The notes: generated from the sequence alone by a model not told the origin. DNA of 64,000 nt from an uncultured Actinomycetes bacterium (GCA_963747275.1 CAVVEI010000014.1:159047-223046); one strand, 5' to 3'. Positions 32,897-44,748 are shown, numbered from the stretch's first letter. Translations and numbers: made by a program.

Positions 32897-34252
32897 ATGA
32901 GATGCAGCAACTGTGGAGCCCCGATAGCGGACAACGTCCGCTTCTGTCCCTCGTGCGGCGTACAGGTGGGTGAACCCACTCAGATCACTCAGGTGCGCCC
33001 ACAGCCTACCACCCCGCTCACCCCGCCCCCGTCAGGGCCACACGTGCAGTACATCCCGCCCAGTGAGACCGGGGCTCAGCCGCCGGTCGGACCCAATCGC
33101 ACTCTGATGTGGGTAGGCGTCGCCGCGGGCGTCGTGCTGCTTATCGCCCTTGCCGTGCTCATACCTCTCCTGCTGCGCGGGGGAGGCGGCGGCGGACTCA
33201 CCACCACCACCGAGGGGACCACGTCGACACTGGCGCCCACCACCACAGTTACGGTGGCCCCGACCACCACCGTGCCGGTCGCCGGGCCGGTGGGCGACTC
33301 GGTGGGGTCTTGGGTGGAGATATCTGTGCCCGGCGGACCGTGGGCGGCCCAAGAGGTGGCGGTCTCTGACGAGGCCCTGTTGATCGTCACCCCCTCGGCC
33401 GCGGGCTACAAACTCTCGGCCGTCATGCTGGAAACGAGCGACGTGGTGACCATCAGCCAGTCTGAGGCGCTGTTCGGGGTAGACCTCGACGGCCTGCTGG
33501 CGGTCTGGTGGGAGGCCTCTGGTTGGAACGCCGGTACCGAGAAGTACACCAACCAGTACATCAAGTCTTGTCTTCTCCCGGGCACGGCGAAGAACACCAT
33601 AGCTACCGGCGGATCGGACCGCATAGGCATGCCGCAGGTAGCTTCGGGCGTGGTCACCTGGGTTGTGTCCGCTCCCTGGGTCACCAACCCCGAGGAGTAC
33701 TGGGCCGAGCGCATCATGGCCGCCAAGATCAATGGCAGCGGCGCGGCCACTGGGGCGGCGACCACGCTTGTGCCGGCTGCGTTAGCCTTCGCGCTGGGTG
33801 ACTCCAGTTGGCAGTACAGCCTGTCGGGCTCTCGGGTGACCTGGGAGCACAGCACCACGGCCGAGGGATACGACATCGGCACGCACGTGATGCGCACCGA
33901 CAAGACCGGCCACCGGTGGATGGGCGAAGACGCCTGGCGGCCGTCATTGTGGGGCGACATGCTGGTCTACCAAGACGGCAGCCTGCAGGTCGACAATCTG
34001 GCCACCGAAAGTACGCGGCTGTTGGACCCCTCCGGCGACTTCGCCGCCGCGGGCCCCACCTTCGCGGCTTACTACAAGCCCAGCAGCTCGGGGTCGTTCT
34101 TAGTGGCCCGCGGCTACACCGGAGCTCACGAGCAGACCCTGGACGAGATCGGCCAACCGCCCTATTTCGCGCCCATCATCTCGGTGTCGCCCAAATACAT
34201 CGCCTACGCGCACGAAGAGCAGCTTCACCTCTTTGAGTGGCAGACGCAGTAG
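32897..34252 (+). CDS. Zinc-ribbon / Pro-rich / single-TM / Thr-rich linker / ~330-aa extracytoplasmic-domain protein, function unknown
   Basis: MRCSNCGAPIADNVRFCPSCG (C4 ribbon), TM LMWVGVAAGVVLLIALAVLIPLLL, then GGGGGG and T-rich linker. Start taken at the ribbon Met with GGGGGTG upstream. Confidence 0.55.
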   Translation: MRCSNCGAPIADNVRFCPSCGVQVGEPTQITQVRPQPTTPLTPPPSGPHVQYIPPSETGAQPPVGPNRTLMWVGVAAGVVLLIALAVLIPLLLRGGGGGGLTTTTEGTTSTLAPTTTVTVAPTTTVPVAGPVGDSVGSWVEISVPGGPWAAQEVAVSDEALLIVTPSAAGYKLSAVMLETSDVVTISQSEALFGVDLDGLLAVWWEASGWNAGTEKYTNQYIKSCLLPGTAKNTIATGGSDRIGMPQVASGVVTWVVSAPWVTNPEEYWAERIMAAKINGSGAATGAATTLVPAALAFALGDSSWQYSLSGSRVTWEHSTTAEGYDIGTHVMRTDKTGHRWMGEDAWRPSLWGDMLVYQDGSLQVDNLATESTRLLDPSGDFAAAGPTFAAYYKPSSSGSFLVARGYTGAHEQTLDEIGQPPYFAPIISVSPKYIAYAHEEQLHLFEWQTQ

Positions 34253-34305
34253 CGCCGCACGGCGACCGGCGCAGCAGCAGGCCGCGCGCGCCAACGCGCC
34301 CGCGG

Positions 34306-36724
34306 CTAGTCGCTGTATGACCCCCAGGTCCAGTCTCTGACCAGGGGCATGTCTTCGCCGTGCTCGTGTATGTACTCGGCGTGGTCGGCATGGAGCCGCT
34401 GCACCAGCTTGCGTACGCCCACAGTCCGCTCGCGTAGCCCGGGCACCCGGTCTATCACGTCGCGCACCAGGCTGAAGCGGTCCAAGTCGTTGCGTACCAC
34501 CATGTCGAATGGCGTCGTGGTGGTGCCCTCTTCTTTGTAGCCGCGCACGTGCAGGTTCTCGTGGTCGGTGTGACGGTAGGTCAGGCGGTGGATAAGCCAA
34601 GGATATCCGTGGTAGGCGAAGATGATCTGCTTGTCGGTGGTGAAGAGCTTGTCAAACTGGTCGCGGGTGAGGCCGTTGGGATGCTCCTCCCGCGGCTGCA
34701 GGGTCATCAGATCGACCACGTTCACCACCCTCACCTTGAGGTCGGGTATGTGTTTGCGCATGAAGTCGACGGCGGCCAAGGTCTCCATGGTGGGCACGTC
34801 GCCGGCACAGGCCATCACCACGTCGGGTTCGGCAGAGCCGCAGTTGCTCGCCCACGTCCATTCCCCTATGCCCGCCTTGCAGTGACGCACGGCCGCCTCC
34901 ATAGACAGCCACTGCGGTGCCGGCTGCTTGCCCGCGACTATGACGTTCACCAGGTTGCGGCTACGCAGGCACTTGTCGGTGATGTAGAGCAGAGAGTTGG
35001 CGTCTGGCGGCAGGTAGACCCGCGTGACCGAGCCCTTCTTGGTGAGCACGTGGTCGATGAACCCGGGGTCTTGGTGTGAGAAGCCGTTGTGGTCCTGGCG
35101 CCACACGTGCGAGGTGAGCAGGTAGTTGAGCGAGGGTATGGGCTTGCGCCAATTGATCTCTTCGCACACGTCCAGCCACTTGGCGTACTGGTTGAACATG
35201 GACGAGATGATGTGGATAAAGGCCTCGTAGCACGAGAACACCGCGTGCCGGCCGGTGAGCAGATAGCCCTCCACCCAGCCTTGGATGGTGTGCTCGCTAA
35301 GGATCTCCATCACCCGCCCGGTGGGCGAGAGCTTGTCGTCGCCGGGCAGTAGCTCCGCGTTCCAGGTGCGCGGGGTCACCTCCAGGATGGCCCCCAGGCG
35401 GTTGGACGTAGTCTCGTCGGGGCCGAACACCCGGAAGTTGCCGCTTGCCATATTGCGGCGCATGACCTCGGCCAAGAAGGCACCCATGACTTTGGTGGCC
35501 TCGCCTTCGGTGGCACCCGGCGCGGGCACGCTTACCGCGAAATCTTTGTACCCGGGCAGCTCCAGGTCGCGCATCAATAGTCCGCCGTTGGCATAGGGGT
35601 TCGCCCCCATGCGCTTGGCGCCCCTGGGCGCGAGGTCGGCCAATACCGGTATGCAGAGACCCCCTCGCATCGAACAGCTCCTCGGGCTTGTAGCTGCGCA
35701 TCCATTCCTCGAGAAGCCTTATGTGCTCTTCGGTCATATCAGCGAACGGCACCTGGTGCGAGCGGAAGGTGCCTTCGGTCTGCTGCCCGTCCACCACCTT
35801 GGGTCCGGTCCAGCCCTTGGGCGTCACCAACACTATCGCCGGCCAGGCTGGGCGCTCGCCGATTCCGCCTTCGCGGGCGCGCTTCTGGAAGCGCTTGATC
35901 TCGTCCACCGCGTGATCCATGGTGGCAGCCATCAGCTGGTGCACCCTGGCCGGGTCGTCGCCCTCCACGAAGTAGGGCGTGTAACCGCAGCCGCGCAAGA
36001 AGTCGGAGAGCTCCTCCCTGCTCACGCGTGCGAGAACGGTGGGGTTGGCTATCTTGTAGCCGTTCAGATGGAGGATGGGCAACACGGCCCCGTCGACGGC
36101 CGGGTTGAGAAACTTGTTGGAGTGCCAGGCCGCCGCCAAGGCTCCCGTCTCGGCCTCGCCGTCACCTATGACGCAGGCCACCAGCAGGTCAGGGTTGTCG
36201 AATGCGGCTCCGAAGGCATGCGAGAGCGCATAGCCCAGCTCTCCACCCTCGTGGATAGAACCCGGCGTCTCAGCGGCCACATGGCTGGGGATACCTCCGG
36301 GGAACGAGAACTGCTTGAACAAACGCTGCATGCCGCTTTCGTCGCGCGTGATGGCCGGATAGAACTCGGTGTAGGTGCCCTCCAGGTAGACGTTGGCCAC
36401 CATGGCCGGGCCGCCATGACCGGGACCGCATATGTAGACCACGTCCAGACCACGGTCTTTGATGAGGCGGTTGAGGTGCACATACACCAGGTTGAGGCCG
36501 GGGCAGGTGCCCCAGTGCCCGAGCAGCCTCGGCTTGACGTCTTCGCGGACCAGCGGGCGGCGCAGCAGGGGGTTCTCTTTGAGATAGATCTGCCCGACCG
36601 ATAGATAGTTGGTCGCCCGCCAGTAGGCGTTCATGCGCGCAAGCATGACGTTGTCGAGCGGCTCCCGACGGTCCGGCGGCAACTCGAGCGCGGGGGTAGC
36701 GCTACGCGGTGAGACCTGAGTCAT
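34306..36724 (-). CDS. xfp: Xylulose-5-phosphate/fructose-6-phosphate phosphoketolase (one frameshift near 35650)
   Basis: N-terminal half in ORF 35297-36724 ([20 protein letters not shown]..., TPP-binding GPGHGGPA...[15 protein letters not shown]). C-terminal half in ORF 34306-35670 (...[22 protein letters not shown]...). Confidence 0.85.
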
Positions 36725-37944
36725 GACAGCTCTCCTTCGTCAACAGCGACCGGCAGTCCGCCAAAGACAAGTCTGTAGGTGTGCCGGGCGATGACCAGAT
36801 CCTCGTTGGTGGGCACCACGAGCACCCGGCAGCGGCTCTGCTCGGTGCTGATGGCCCAAGCGTTCTGCTTGTTCTGACCCAGGTCGAGCTCGATGCCCAG
36901 GTGCTCCAACCCCCGGCAGATGAGCGCCCTTATCAGAGGCGCGTTCTCGCCGATGCCGGCTGTGAACACCAGCGTGTCCAGACCACCCAGAGCCGCGGCC
37001 AGCGAGCCGATCGTCTTGCGCGCCTGATAACAGAACATCTCCACCGCCATGGCCGCGGCGGCGTTGCCCGAGGCCCTCAGCTCCAAGAGCTTCTCCATAT
37101 CCGAAGTCTGGCCCGAGACGCCCTTGAGCCCGCTCTCTTTGTCCAGTAGACGTTCGAGCATGGTCTCGTCGTAGCCCCACTCCCTCACCAGATAGATCAG
37201 CACTCCAGGGTCCAAGTCGCCACTGCGGGTGCCCATCATGAACCCGCCCAACGGGGTCATGCCCATGGTGGTATCCACCGGCTTGCCGTCCAGGCAGGCG
37301 GTCATGCTACAACCGTTGCCCAAGTGAGCCATCACCAAACGTCCGGCCGCTTCGCCGCCCAGTGCGCCCAACACGTACTCATAAGAGAGACCGTGAAAGC
37401 CATACTTGCAGATGCCCTGATCGTAGAACTTGGCCGGTACCGGCAGGCGGCGGGCAACTTCGGGCAGGTGCGCGTGGAAGCCGGTGTCGAAACAGGCCAC
37501 CTGCGGCAGTCCGGGCCGCTGGGTGTCGAGTGCGTCTATGACCCGCAGGGTGATCGGCATGTGCAGGGGCGCCCAGGATTCGTGCTCGCGCAGGTCGTTC
37601 ATGACGTCGGGGGTGATCAGCCGGGGGCCTTGCTGCTCCGGACCACCGTGCACCACCCGGTGACCGATGGCCTCCACCGACGGCAGGCTGTTGTCAGAGA
37701 GCACCACCAGTGCCTCTTCTACGGCACTCTCGTACTCGACGTCGTCCATGAGGCGGTCTACCAGCGACTTGCCTTGGCCATCGACGAACCAGATGCGGCC
37801 CTTGGTCTGGCCGATGCCCTCGACGGCCCCACGCGCGAGCAACTGCTCAGCCTGGCCGTTGCCGGCGGGGCCCATCTCGTAGAGGTGGAACTTAAGCGAC
37901 GAAGAGCCGCCGTTGATGCACATTATGGTCTGCGTCTCAGCCAC
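36721..37944 (-). CDS. ackA: Acetate kinase
   Basis: [23 protein letters not shown], full-length 407 aa. ATGA overlap with the xfp start. Confidence 0.9.
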   Translation of the reverse strand: MAETQTIMCINGGSSSLKFHLYEMGPAGNGQAEQLLARGAVEGIGQTKGRIWFVDGQGKSLVDRLMDDVEYESAVEEALVVLSDNSLPSVEAIGHRVVHGGPEQQGPRLITPDVMNDLREHESWAPLHMPITLRVIDALDTQRPGLPQVACFDTGFHAHLPEVARRLPVPAKFYDQGICKYGFHGLSYEYVLGALGGEAAGRLVMAHLGNGCSMTACLDGKPVDTTMGMTPLGGFMMGTRSGDLDPGVLIYLVREWGYDETMLERLLDKESGLKGVSGQTSDMEKLLELRASGNAAAAMAVEMFCYQARKTIGSLAAALGGLDTLVFTAGIGENAPLIRALICRGLEHLGIELDLGQNKQNAWAISTEQSRCRVLVVPTNEDLVIARHTYRLVFGGLPVAVDEGELS

Positions 37945-37988
37945 TTAAGAACCCGCCTCCGTAGTCCGGCTACCCCTGCGCCCCACGC

Positions 37989-38555
37989 TCAGCGACCGCC
38001 CAACGCGGTCCAACGAAAACATTCGACGGTGTGGTCGTTTACCATGCCTGTCGCCTGCATATGAGCATAGATTATCGTCGGGCCCACGAAGCGAAAGCCG
38101 CGGCGCTTGAGGTCGGCGCTCAACTGCTCGGCCTCAGCCGTCTTAACCGGGATCTCGCCGATAGTCTGCCATCTGTTCTGTATGGTCTCGCTTTGCACGA
38201 ATCGCCAAACGTAGTCGTCAAAGCTGCCGAACTCGTGCTGCACCTCGAGAAACGCCCGCGCGTTGCTGACCGCGGACTCCACCTTGAGCCGGTTGCGCAC
38301 TATGCTGGTGTCAGCGAGCAGCCGGTCGATGTCGAGCGGCCCGAAACGCGCCACCCGTTCAGCATCGAAGTCCGCGAAGGCCTTTCGGTAGCCCTCACGC
38401 TTGCGGAGTATGGTAAGCCAGCTCAGCCCCGCCTGCGCCCCCTCCAGAACCAGGAACTCAAAGAGCAGCCGGTCGTCGTGGACGGGTACGCCCCACTCGC
38501 GGTCGTGGTAGTCGATGTAGAGCGGGTCGGAGCCGACCCAAGCGCAGCGCTGCAC
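37989..38555 (-). CDS. tag: DNA-3-methyladenine glycosylase I
   Basis: GTG start (VQRCAWVGSDPLYIDYHDREWGVPVHDD...). Abuts the upstream amidohydrolase-2 gene. Confidence 0.8.
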   Translation of the reverse strand: MQRCAWVGSDPLYIDYHDREWGVPVHDDRLLFEFLVLEGAQAGLSWLTILRKREGYRKAFADFDAERVARFGPLDIDRLLADTSIVRNRLKVESAVSNARAFLEVQHEFGSFDDYVWRFVQSETIQNRWQTIGEIPVKTAEAEQLSADLKRRGFRFVGPTIIYAHMQATGMVNDHTVECFRWTALGGR

Positions 38556-38556
38556 T

Positions 38557-39582
38557 CTATACGAACCCCAGGCCGGCGGCGTTGCCGTGGTATAGCTGCA
38601 CCTTCTCCTCTTCCGACAGGCCCAAGCCTTCGAGGAACTCAAGACACTGGCCCATCTCCTCGTACGGATAGTCGGTGCCCAGAAGTATCTTGTCCATGCC
38701 CAGAGCTTCGCGGGTGCACTTGAAGGCCGCCGCAAGGTAGTTGCCGCTGGTGGTCACATACATATTGTCGAGAAGGTACTCGCTGGGAATCCGACGAAGA
38801 CGCGGCGCCGAGTCGGCGTCGGCCTTCATGTGCGGGCGCACGAAAGCAAAGTCGATGCGCTGCATCAGAAACGGCAGACCCTCGCCGTAGTGGCCCAGTA
38901 TTACCTTCAGTCCCGGGAAAGCATCGAAGGCGCCGCTCAATATGAGTCGCACCATGGCGGTAGCGGTCTCGACCCCGAACCCGAAGCCGGCACCAGCTAG
39001 AGCCAGTCCATAGGTGCGCAGTTCACCCATCATGGGAGCCGCTGGGTGCAGGTAGATGGGCACGTCAAGCTCAGCGGCCTTCGCCAGTATCGGCCAGTAC
39101 CGCTTGTCGTCCAGGTACGAGTCGCCGTAGTTGGAGTGAGTCTTCCACCCGTTTAGGCCGAGATCCTTGACCGCCCTCTCCAACTCCTTCGCCGCCGCCT
39201 CCGGGTCCTTGGGAGCCAGCGCCGCAAATCCCGCCAGGCGATCGGGGTACTTGTCTATGGCCGTGGCCAGGGCATCGTTTGCCAGCTTCGCCAAGCGCGT
39301 GCCGACCGCGGGCGCGAAGTGTTCCGCTCCCGGCGAGGTGAGTGAGACCACGGCCAGATCGACACCGCCGGCGTCCATCTCACGGATACGAGCCTCCCCC
39401 AAGTCGAGGAGACGGTCTAGGAGGCGGTCGCCGTAAGGCTCGAAGGTATCGGGCCAGTACCACAGGCGGCGCTCACCTTTCGCCGAGTCGTCTGAGAAGC
39501 GCGGATAGCCAGTGTTGGCGTACATAGCTTCGACCCACTCCGGGGTGGCGAAATGGGTCTCGAGGTCGATGGTCCTGGTCAC
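38557..39582 (-). CDS. Amidohydrolase-2 family (PF04909; ACMSD/LigW-like metal-dependent hydrolase/decarboxylase)
   Basis: 341 aa, IDLETHFATPEW..., ...ILGHYGEGLPF..., LLGTDYPYE. Confidence 0.7.
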   Translation of the reverse strand: MTRTIDLETHFATPEWVEAMYANTGYPRFSDDSAKGERRLWYWPDTFEPYGDRLLDRLLDLGEARIREMDAGGVDLAVVSLTSPGAEHFAPAVGTRLAKLANDALATAIDKYPDRLAGFAALAPKDPEAAAKELERAVKDLGLNGWKTHSNYGDSYLDDKRYWPILAKAAELDVPIYLHPAAPMMGELRTYGLALAGAGFGFGVETATAMVRLILSGAFDAFPGLKVILGHYGEGLPFLMQRIDFAFVRPHMKADADSAPRLRRIPSEYLLDNMYVTTSGNYLAAAFKCTREALGMDKILLGTDYPYEEMGQCLEFLEGLGLSEEEKVQLYHGNAAGLGFV

Positions 39583-39689
39583 AGTGCCTCCCTCTGTTCC
39601 GAAGGTGTACTACCCCGGTCGACGAGGCACCCATAACCCGTCATCCGGCGCTCCACCGGACCGGCGGGCATTCCTCGCATTCGCTAATT

Positions 39690-40680
39690 CTACTTCAAGT
39701 GGCGGTCCAAGAACTCGAAGACCCTCGCCATGTTCTCCCTGGTCCAGAACTCCGGACCAGCGTGTCGGGCACCTTCGAGCAACTGCAGTTCGAAGCGGCC
39801 GCTACCTGCGCACTCTTCGATCACCTTGGCGAACTCGAGGGACTGCTGCACCGGGACGTCGGCGTCGGCAGTGCCATGCTGGATCAGAACGGGTGGAATG
39901 TCCTTGTGCACGTAGGTCATGGGGTCGGCCTGTCGCACTCTGTCCGGCAACTCGGTGATGCACCCCCCCACGTACCTGGACTCGGGCGACTTCTCCTCGC
40001 TGTGGTTGGCAGGTCCAAGACCGCTGGCGGTCAGTTGCTCGTCCATCTTGAGGAAATCGGTGGGGCCGAACTGGTCGACCACAGCCTGCACATCGCTGGA
40101 CTTATCGGCATTGCCCAGCGCCGGATCGTCGAACAGACTTAGCCCGTTGGTCATGCCCACCACCGCGGATAGATTCGCGCCCGCCGATTGGCCGCCTGCC
40201 ACTATGCGGTCGACGTCCAACTCGTAGTCCTTGCCGTGAGCCCGCAGCCACCGGATGGCGGCCTTGACGTCTTCAACGGCGGCCGGAAAGATGGCCTCTC
40301 CGCTCAGGCGGTAGTTCATGGCCACCACCGCGTACCCGTAGTCCAGGCCCATGAAAGTACGGGCCGGTCTGGTCGTGGGCCTTGTCGCCGATGGCGAAGG
40401 CGCCCCCGTGCACGTAGACGAAGACCGGAAACGGGCCCTCCCCGGTGTTGGGCAGGTAGATGTCGAGCCGCTGCGCCGGAGAGACCTCAGCGTAGGCAAG
40501 GTCGAGCCACTTGCGCCGGATATGCGAGTTGTCCACATCCGGAGGGCACGAAGCTCTCTGTATCGAAGGGCAGCAGTCCACCGCCCGGGCCCCCCGGGGA
40601 AATGGAGCATACCGGGCCGCCAGTGCGTGTCCGGCATGCCGACAGGCTTTCCCGTCTTGTCCAAGGCAGATCTCCTTCAT
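39690..40680 (-). CDS. Alpha/beta-hydrolase fold esterase (Abhydrolase_3-like; frameshift near 40330, N-terminus uncertain)
   Basis: VFVYVHGGAFAIGDK (oxyanion HGG) in frame 40273-40719. GGQSAGANLSAV (GxSxG nucleophile elbow) and HGTADADVP in frame 39690-40664. Confidence 0.65.
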
Positions 40681-40715
40681 GCAATAGTTACTACTGGGGC
40701 AAGAGACGCGCTGCT

Positions 40716-41712
40716 TCAACCGCGCTTGACCTTCATCTTCAGGTTCTTCTGGTACTCGTCGAAGAACACGGCGGCCAGCAGGATGACGCCCGTGGCGATG
40801 TACTGAGCGTTGATATCCCAGCCGGCGAGCTGCATGCCGTTCTGCAGGACCCCCAGCACAAACACGCCTGCCACCAAAGCCGGTATGTTGCCCTCGCCTC
40901 CAAGAAAGCTGACTCCGCCGACGATGGCAGCCGTCAAGGCTGTGAACTCAGTGCCTGGTCCGAGTGATGACACCATCGAGTTCTGTCTGGCGACCATGAC
41001 CATAGTGGCGATAGCCGTGAAGAAGCCGCACACGGTGTAGACGATGGCCTTCAGGCGCCGCGTGTTCACGCCCGCCAACCTCAGCGCCTCCTCGTTGCCG
41101 CCCAGCGCCACCACCCTGATGCCCCAGGTGGTCTTGTAGAAGATGAACGCCGCCAGGATGACTATGAAGAACGCCAGATACACGTCGAACGTTATGCCCA
41201 GCCAGCGACCTCTGGTTATGAACTGGAACGAGGCCGGGTAGTCACGAAAGGTCCTGGCCCCGGAGACGATGTACGAGATCCCCTTGAAGATCACCGACGT
41301 AGCGAGGGTGACAATGAGCGGAAAGGTCCGTATCCGAGTGACTATCAAGCCGTTGACCATGCCCAGCAGGGTGCCAAGGATCACGCCGAGGATGATGGCA
41401 GCCCACACCGGGAAGCCCCACAGGACCATCATCATCGCCGTGAGTATGCCGACCAAGCGACATCTGAAACCCGACCGAGAGGTCTATCCCACCGGAGATG
41501 AGCACAAACGACATGCCGACGGCGACGATGACAAAGTAAGTGTTTTGACTGACGATGTTGCTCAAGTTTCGGACTGTGAAGAAACGGTCGTTCAGGAGCG
41601 CGAAGAGCACGATGAGGCCCAGTAGCACAAGCACGACCGCATACTTTCTCAGAAAGCCCAGGTCGAGCCGGCCCATCTTGGTCCTCAAGACACTCAAGTT
41701 GTGTTTGATCAT
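40716..41712 (-). CDS. Monosaccharide ABC transporter permease (ribose/xylose-type, frameshift near 41450)
   Basis: ...LSNIVSQNTYFVIVAVGMSFVLISGGIDLSVG (ORF 41242-41712) continues as ...GMVNGLIVTRIRTFPLIVTLATS... (ORF 40716-41456). Confidence 0.75.
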
Positions 41713-41720
41713 TGCGGCTC

Positions 41721-42524
41721 CTACCCGAACGACTTGTACTGGACATCTGATGGCGCTTCTGCGGAGGCGTCCCTGCCCCGGACGATAAGCGTCACCACGT
41801 CATCTAGACATATCTTGCCGACATCCAGCACTCCCTGCCGAACGCCTCCCTTGAGCACGAAGACCCGGTCGGCTATGGCGAGGATGTCGGGAATGCGCTG
41901 CGTGATGAGTAGGATGGAGATACCCTTCTCCGCGAGGTTCCTGACGAGCCCGAGCAGCTTGTTCGCCTCTGTCACTCCCAAGGCAGCCGTAGGCTCATCC
42001 ATGATGAGCACCTTCGACTGGAAGGCGATGGCCCTTGCGCAGGCGACCATCTGCCGCTGACCCCCCGACATGGTCGCCACGTTCTGCTTAGGCGACTTGA
42101 TGTCCACCTTGAGTTCTCGAATGAGCTCCTCCGCCTTCTTGTACATCTTCTTCTTGTCCAAGATCAGCCGGAAGGGTCCGACGGTCAGTTCCCTACCGAT
42201 GAAGATGTTCTTCGCGACATCGAAGTTGTTGAACAGCGCCAGATCCTGATAGATCATGGCGATGCCAAGATTCGTGGAGTCCTCAGGGTTGTGGATGTGG
42301 GCCTTCTGCCCGTTCACCCAGATCTCACCCTCGTCCGCGATGTACGCCCCCGAGAGGATCTTCATCAACGTCGACTTGCCGGCGCCGTTGTCGCCAACGA
42401 TGCCCATGATCTCGCCGCGCCTCAGCTCAAGGTCCACTTCCTTGAGAGCATGCACCCCGCCGAAACGCTTGCTGATGCCCTTCAGTTGTACGACGTTCTC
42501 TGTGTTCTCTGTGTGCATAATCAC
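41721..42524 (-). CDS. ABC transporter ATP-binding protein (single NBD)
   Basis: GDNGAGKSTLMKIL Walker A, MSGGQRQMVACARA signature, LIMDEPTAAL Walker B. Confidence 0.85.
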   Translation of the reverse strand: MIMHTENTENVVQLKGISKRFGGVHALKEVDLELRRGEIMGIVGDNGAGKSTLMKILSGAYIADEGEIWVNGQKAHIHNPEDSTNLGIAMIYQDLALFNNFDVAKNIFIGRELTVGPFRLILDKKKMYKKAEELIRELKVDIKSPKQNVATMSGGQRQMVACARAIAFQSKVLIMDEPTAALGVTEANKLLGLVRNLAEKGISILLITQRIPDILAIADRVFVLKGGVRQGVLDVGKICLDDVVTLIVRGRDASAEAPSDVQYKSFG

Positions 42525-42672
42525 GATCCATTGACGCGCTTATCCGCCCACAACAGACCGGGGGCTAGGGGAAGACGCCCGCAGCTCCATCTCCCCCTGC
42601 CCCCGGTCTTACACTCGAAAGCCTAGTCGCCTAGTTACCTCTTGACCACAGGTCGCTGTTTGCCGCCGCCGC

Positions 42673-43879
42673 TTACGGGGTGGCGGGGGTAACGCTGAGC
42701 GTACCCGAAGCCTGCATGGGGGTCATGACCAGTTCGCCATCGACCCCGACTGCCAGAGCCAGTTCGTCCCAGATGACGCCATCTTCGCCGACGGCCTCGC
42801 CCTTGAGTATCTTGGCTACGATACCAGCGGTCTTGCCGACTAGATCTGGGCCGCCGAAGGCGATGACACCTCTCAAGGCACCTTCGCCCCTGGACGCGGC
42901 TTTGACCAAGTCGCCTTCGGGCCCGAACATGCCCACGCCGAACACAGCTACCTTGCTGAGGTCGGCTATGACGCTGCCGGAGCCCTTGGCTATCTCATCC
43001 ATGATGGCCTGCGAGGCACCAGCGCCACCGTCGGACGCGTAGGCCAACACCAGCTTCACATCGGGATTGGTGGTCAGGATGTTCTCCATCGCAGCCTGAC
43101 CGGCCTGGGACATCTGTGCGGTGGGAGTCTGCACGATCTTCACGGCCGCACAGTACACCGGGTTCGGCGCGCGGTCGGCTTCTGTCTTGCCGTCCAGATA
43201 CTTGCCGTCCTTGTCAGAGATGGCATTGCCTTCAGCGTCGAGGTAGGCTCCCTCCCAATCCTTCAGGAAAGGCTCGCTGATCATAAGAAGTCCGTTGCTC
43301 CGCTGTACTGCTTCGGTGTTGGTGCTGTCAACCAGCACCGCCGGTCTCGATAGAAGCTTCGGCAGCGCCCGGATAGGTCGCTTCCACCCAGTTCTTGGCC
43401 ATGAGCGCGCAGTATGCGCCGGACAGGAACTGGTCCATCTTCATGATGACGTCGCGGCCGGCTTCCCCGGGCTCGGCACCCACCGTCATCACGAAAACAC
43501 CCGCCTCGCGAGCTGCTTCCAGCTTGGGCAGCAGGCTCGTGGGCTCCACTGCCATCACGAATATGAACTTCGCGCCCGCGGCAGTGTAGTTCTCTACCTG
43601 CGAGGCTTGATTGCTCGGGTTGCCGTCGGCGCTGGACACCTGGACATCGTAGGTCGCGCCGAATTCGTTCACGAACATGTCCTTCAGTGCCAGCATCAAG
43701 GGATTGTCCAGAGCGGGCAGGCATACCCCGATGGTCGCGCCCTCTGGTATCGGCCCCAGCGTCGTGCGTGGGACCTTCGGAAACTCGTCGTCGTTTCTTC
43801 TTCCGTCCCTCCGCAGGCTGCCAGCAGCAGCGATTGCGGCGACGGCAAGAACCAGCACTACCATCCACAACTTCTTCAC
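42673..43879 (-). CDS. Periplasmic-binding-protein-type sugar ABC substrate-binding protein (signal peptide; frameshift near 43335)
   Basis: MKKLWMVVLVLAVAAIAAAGS signal sequence. N-terminal half in ORF 43328-43879, C-terminal half in ORF 42673-43338. Confidence 0.7.
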
Positions 43880-43965
43880 TTACGTCCTCCTTGGCTTTTG
43901 GTCCCCTAACAGAACCCTTTGCACCCCTGTCGCGGTCTCGGACGTCCTTTGCCTGGGTAGGCGGT

Positions 43966-43987
43966 TATCAGAATAACGATTCTGATA
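43966..43987. promoter_or_regulatory. Perfect 9-4-9 inverted repeat TATCAGAAT-AACG-ATTCTGATA (candidate TetR-family operator) upstream of TetR gene
   Basis: Exact reverse-complement arms. A TATAAT (44041-44046) lies 6 nt before the TetR ATG at 44053, which implies a near-leaderless transcript. The site is in the intergenic region shared with the divergent sugar ABC SBP gene. Confidence 0.45.
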
Positions 43988-44052
43988 TGCAAATGCAAGC
44001 ATATTAGAGGACGCATTCTGTTATTGAGAGGGCGAGGGTCTATAATCGGCCC

Positions 44053-44748
44053 ATGGAAGCTGAATCAACCACACAGAGCACATTCCATCCGCCCCGCCGC
44101 AGGCCGGGGCACCGCTCGTTGGAGAAGATGCTTGCGGCGGCGGAAGAACAGCTCCGCGAAGAGGAGTTGGACCTGTTCACCATCGAGCGCGTGTTGGACC
44201 GCGCCGGCCTCTCGGTCGGATCGTTCTACACGCGCTTTCCCACCAAGACCGCCCTGTTGCACACGGTCCAGGATTGCCTGCATGCCCGGATGCAGCCGGC
44301 CATAATGGCTGCCCTCGAGGCTCAGGAACTAGTGGACGAGCCTCTGGAGAAAGCCGTCGACCACGCCTTCGGCATCCTAGTTGAACACAACCTCAACGAA
44401 CGCGAGCTTTGCCGGGCCTTCATGATGCTCTCTGCCTTCGATCCGGTGATGAGAGAGAAGGGCGAGCGGATGAATCGGGAGCGTCACACCGCGCTGGCGA
44501 GGGTGCTGGCGGCTCACCGCACGGAGATCGGGCATAGTGACCCGGACGCTGCCATCGCAAAGGCCTATGCCATGTATATGTCCGTGATGCACGGGAGGCT
44601 GGTGTTCTTCAGCCCGGACAGCGTACTGCGCTTCGGCGTGTCCGACGATGAGGTATTCACCGAGCTCAAGCGGTCTCTGGCCCGGTTCCTGCAAGGTTCG
44701 ACGCCGGATGCAGTCGAAACACCTAGCCTGTCGGCGGAACAGCGGTAA
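44053..44748 (+). CDS. TetR/AcrR-family transcriptional regulator (paralog of 55004-55702)
   Basis: 231 aa, [31 protein letters not shown]. Roughly half of the positions match the second TetR by eye. Confidence 0.8.
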   Translation: MEAESTTQSTFHPPRRRPGHRSLEKMLAAAEEQLREEELDLFTIERVLDRAGLSVGSFYTRFPTKTALLHTVQDCLHARMQPAIMAALEAQELVDEPLEKAVDHAFGILVEHNLNERELCRAFMMLSAFDPVMREKGERMNRERHTALARVLAAHRTEIGHSDPDAAIAKAYAMYMSVMHGRLVFFSPDSVLRFGVSDDEVFTELKRSLARFLQGSTPDAVETPSLSAEQR

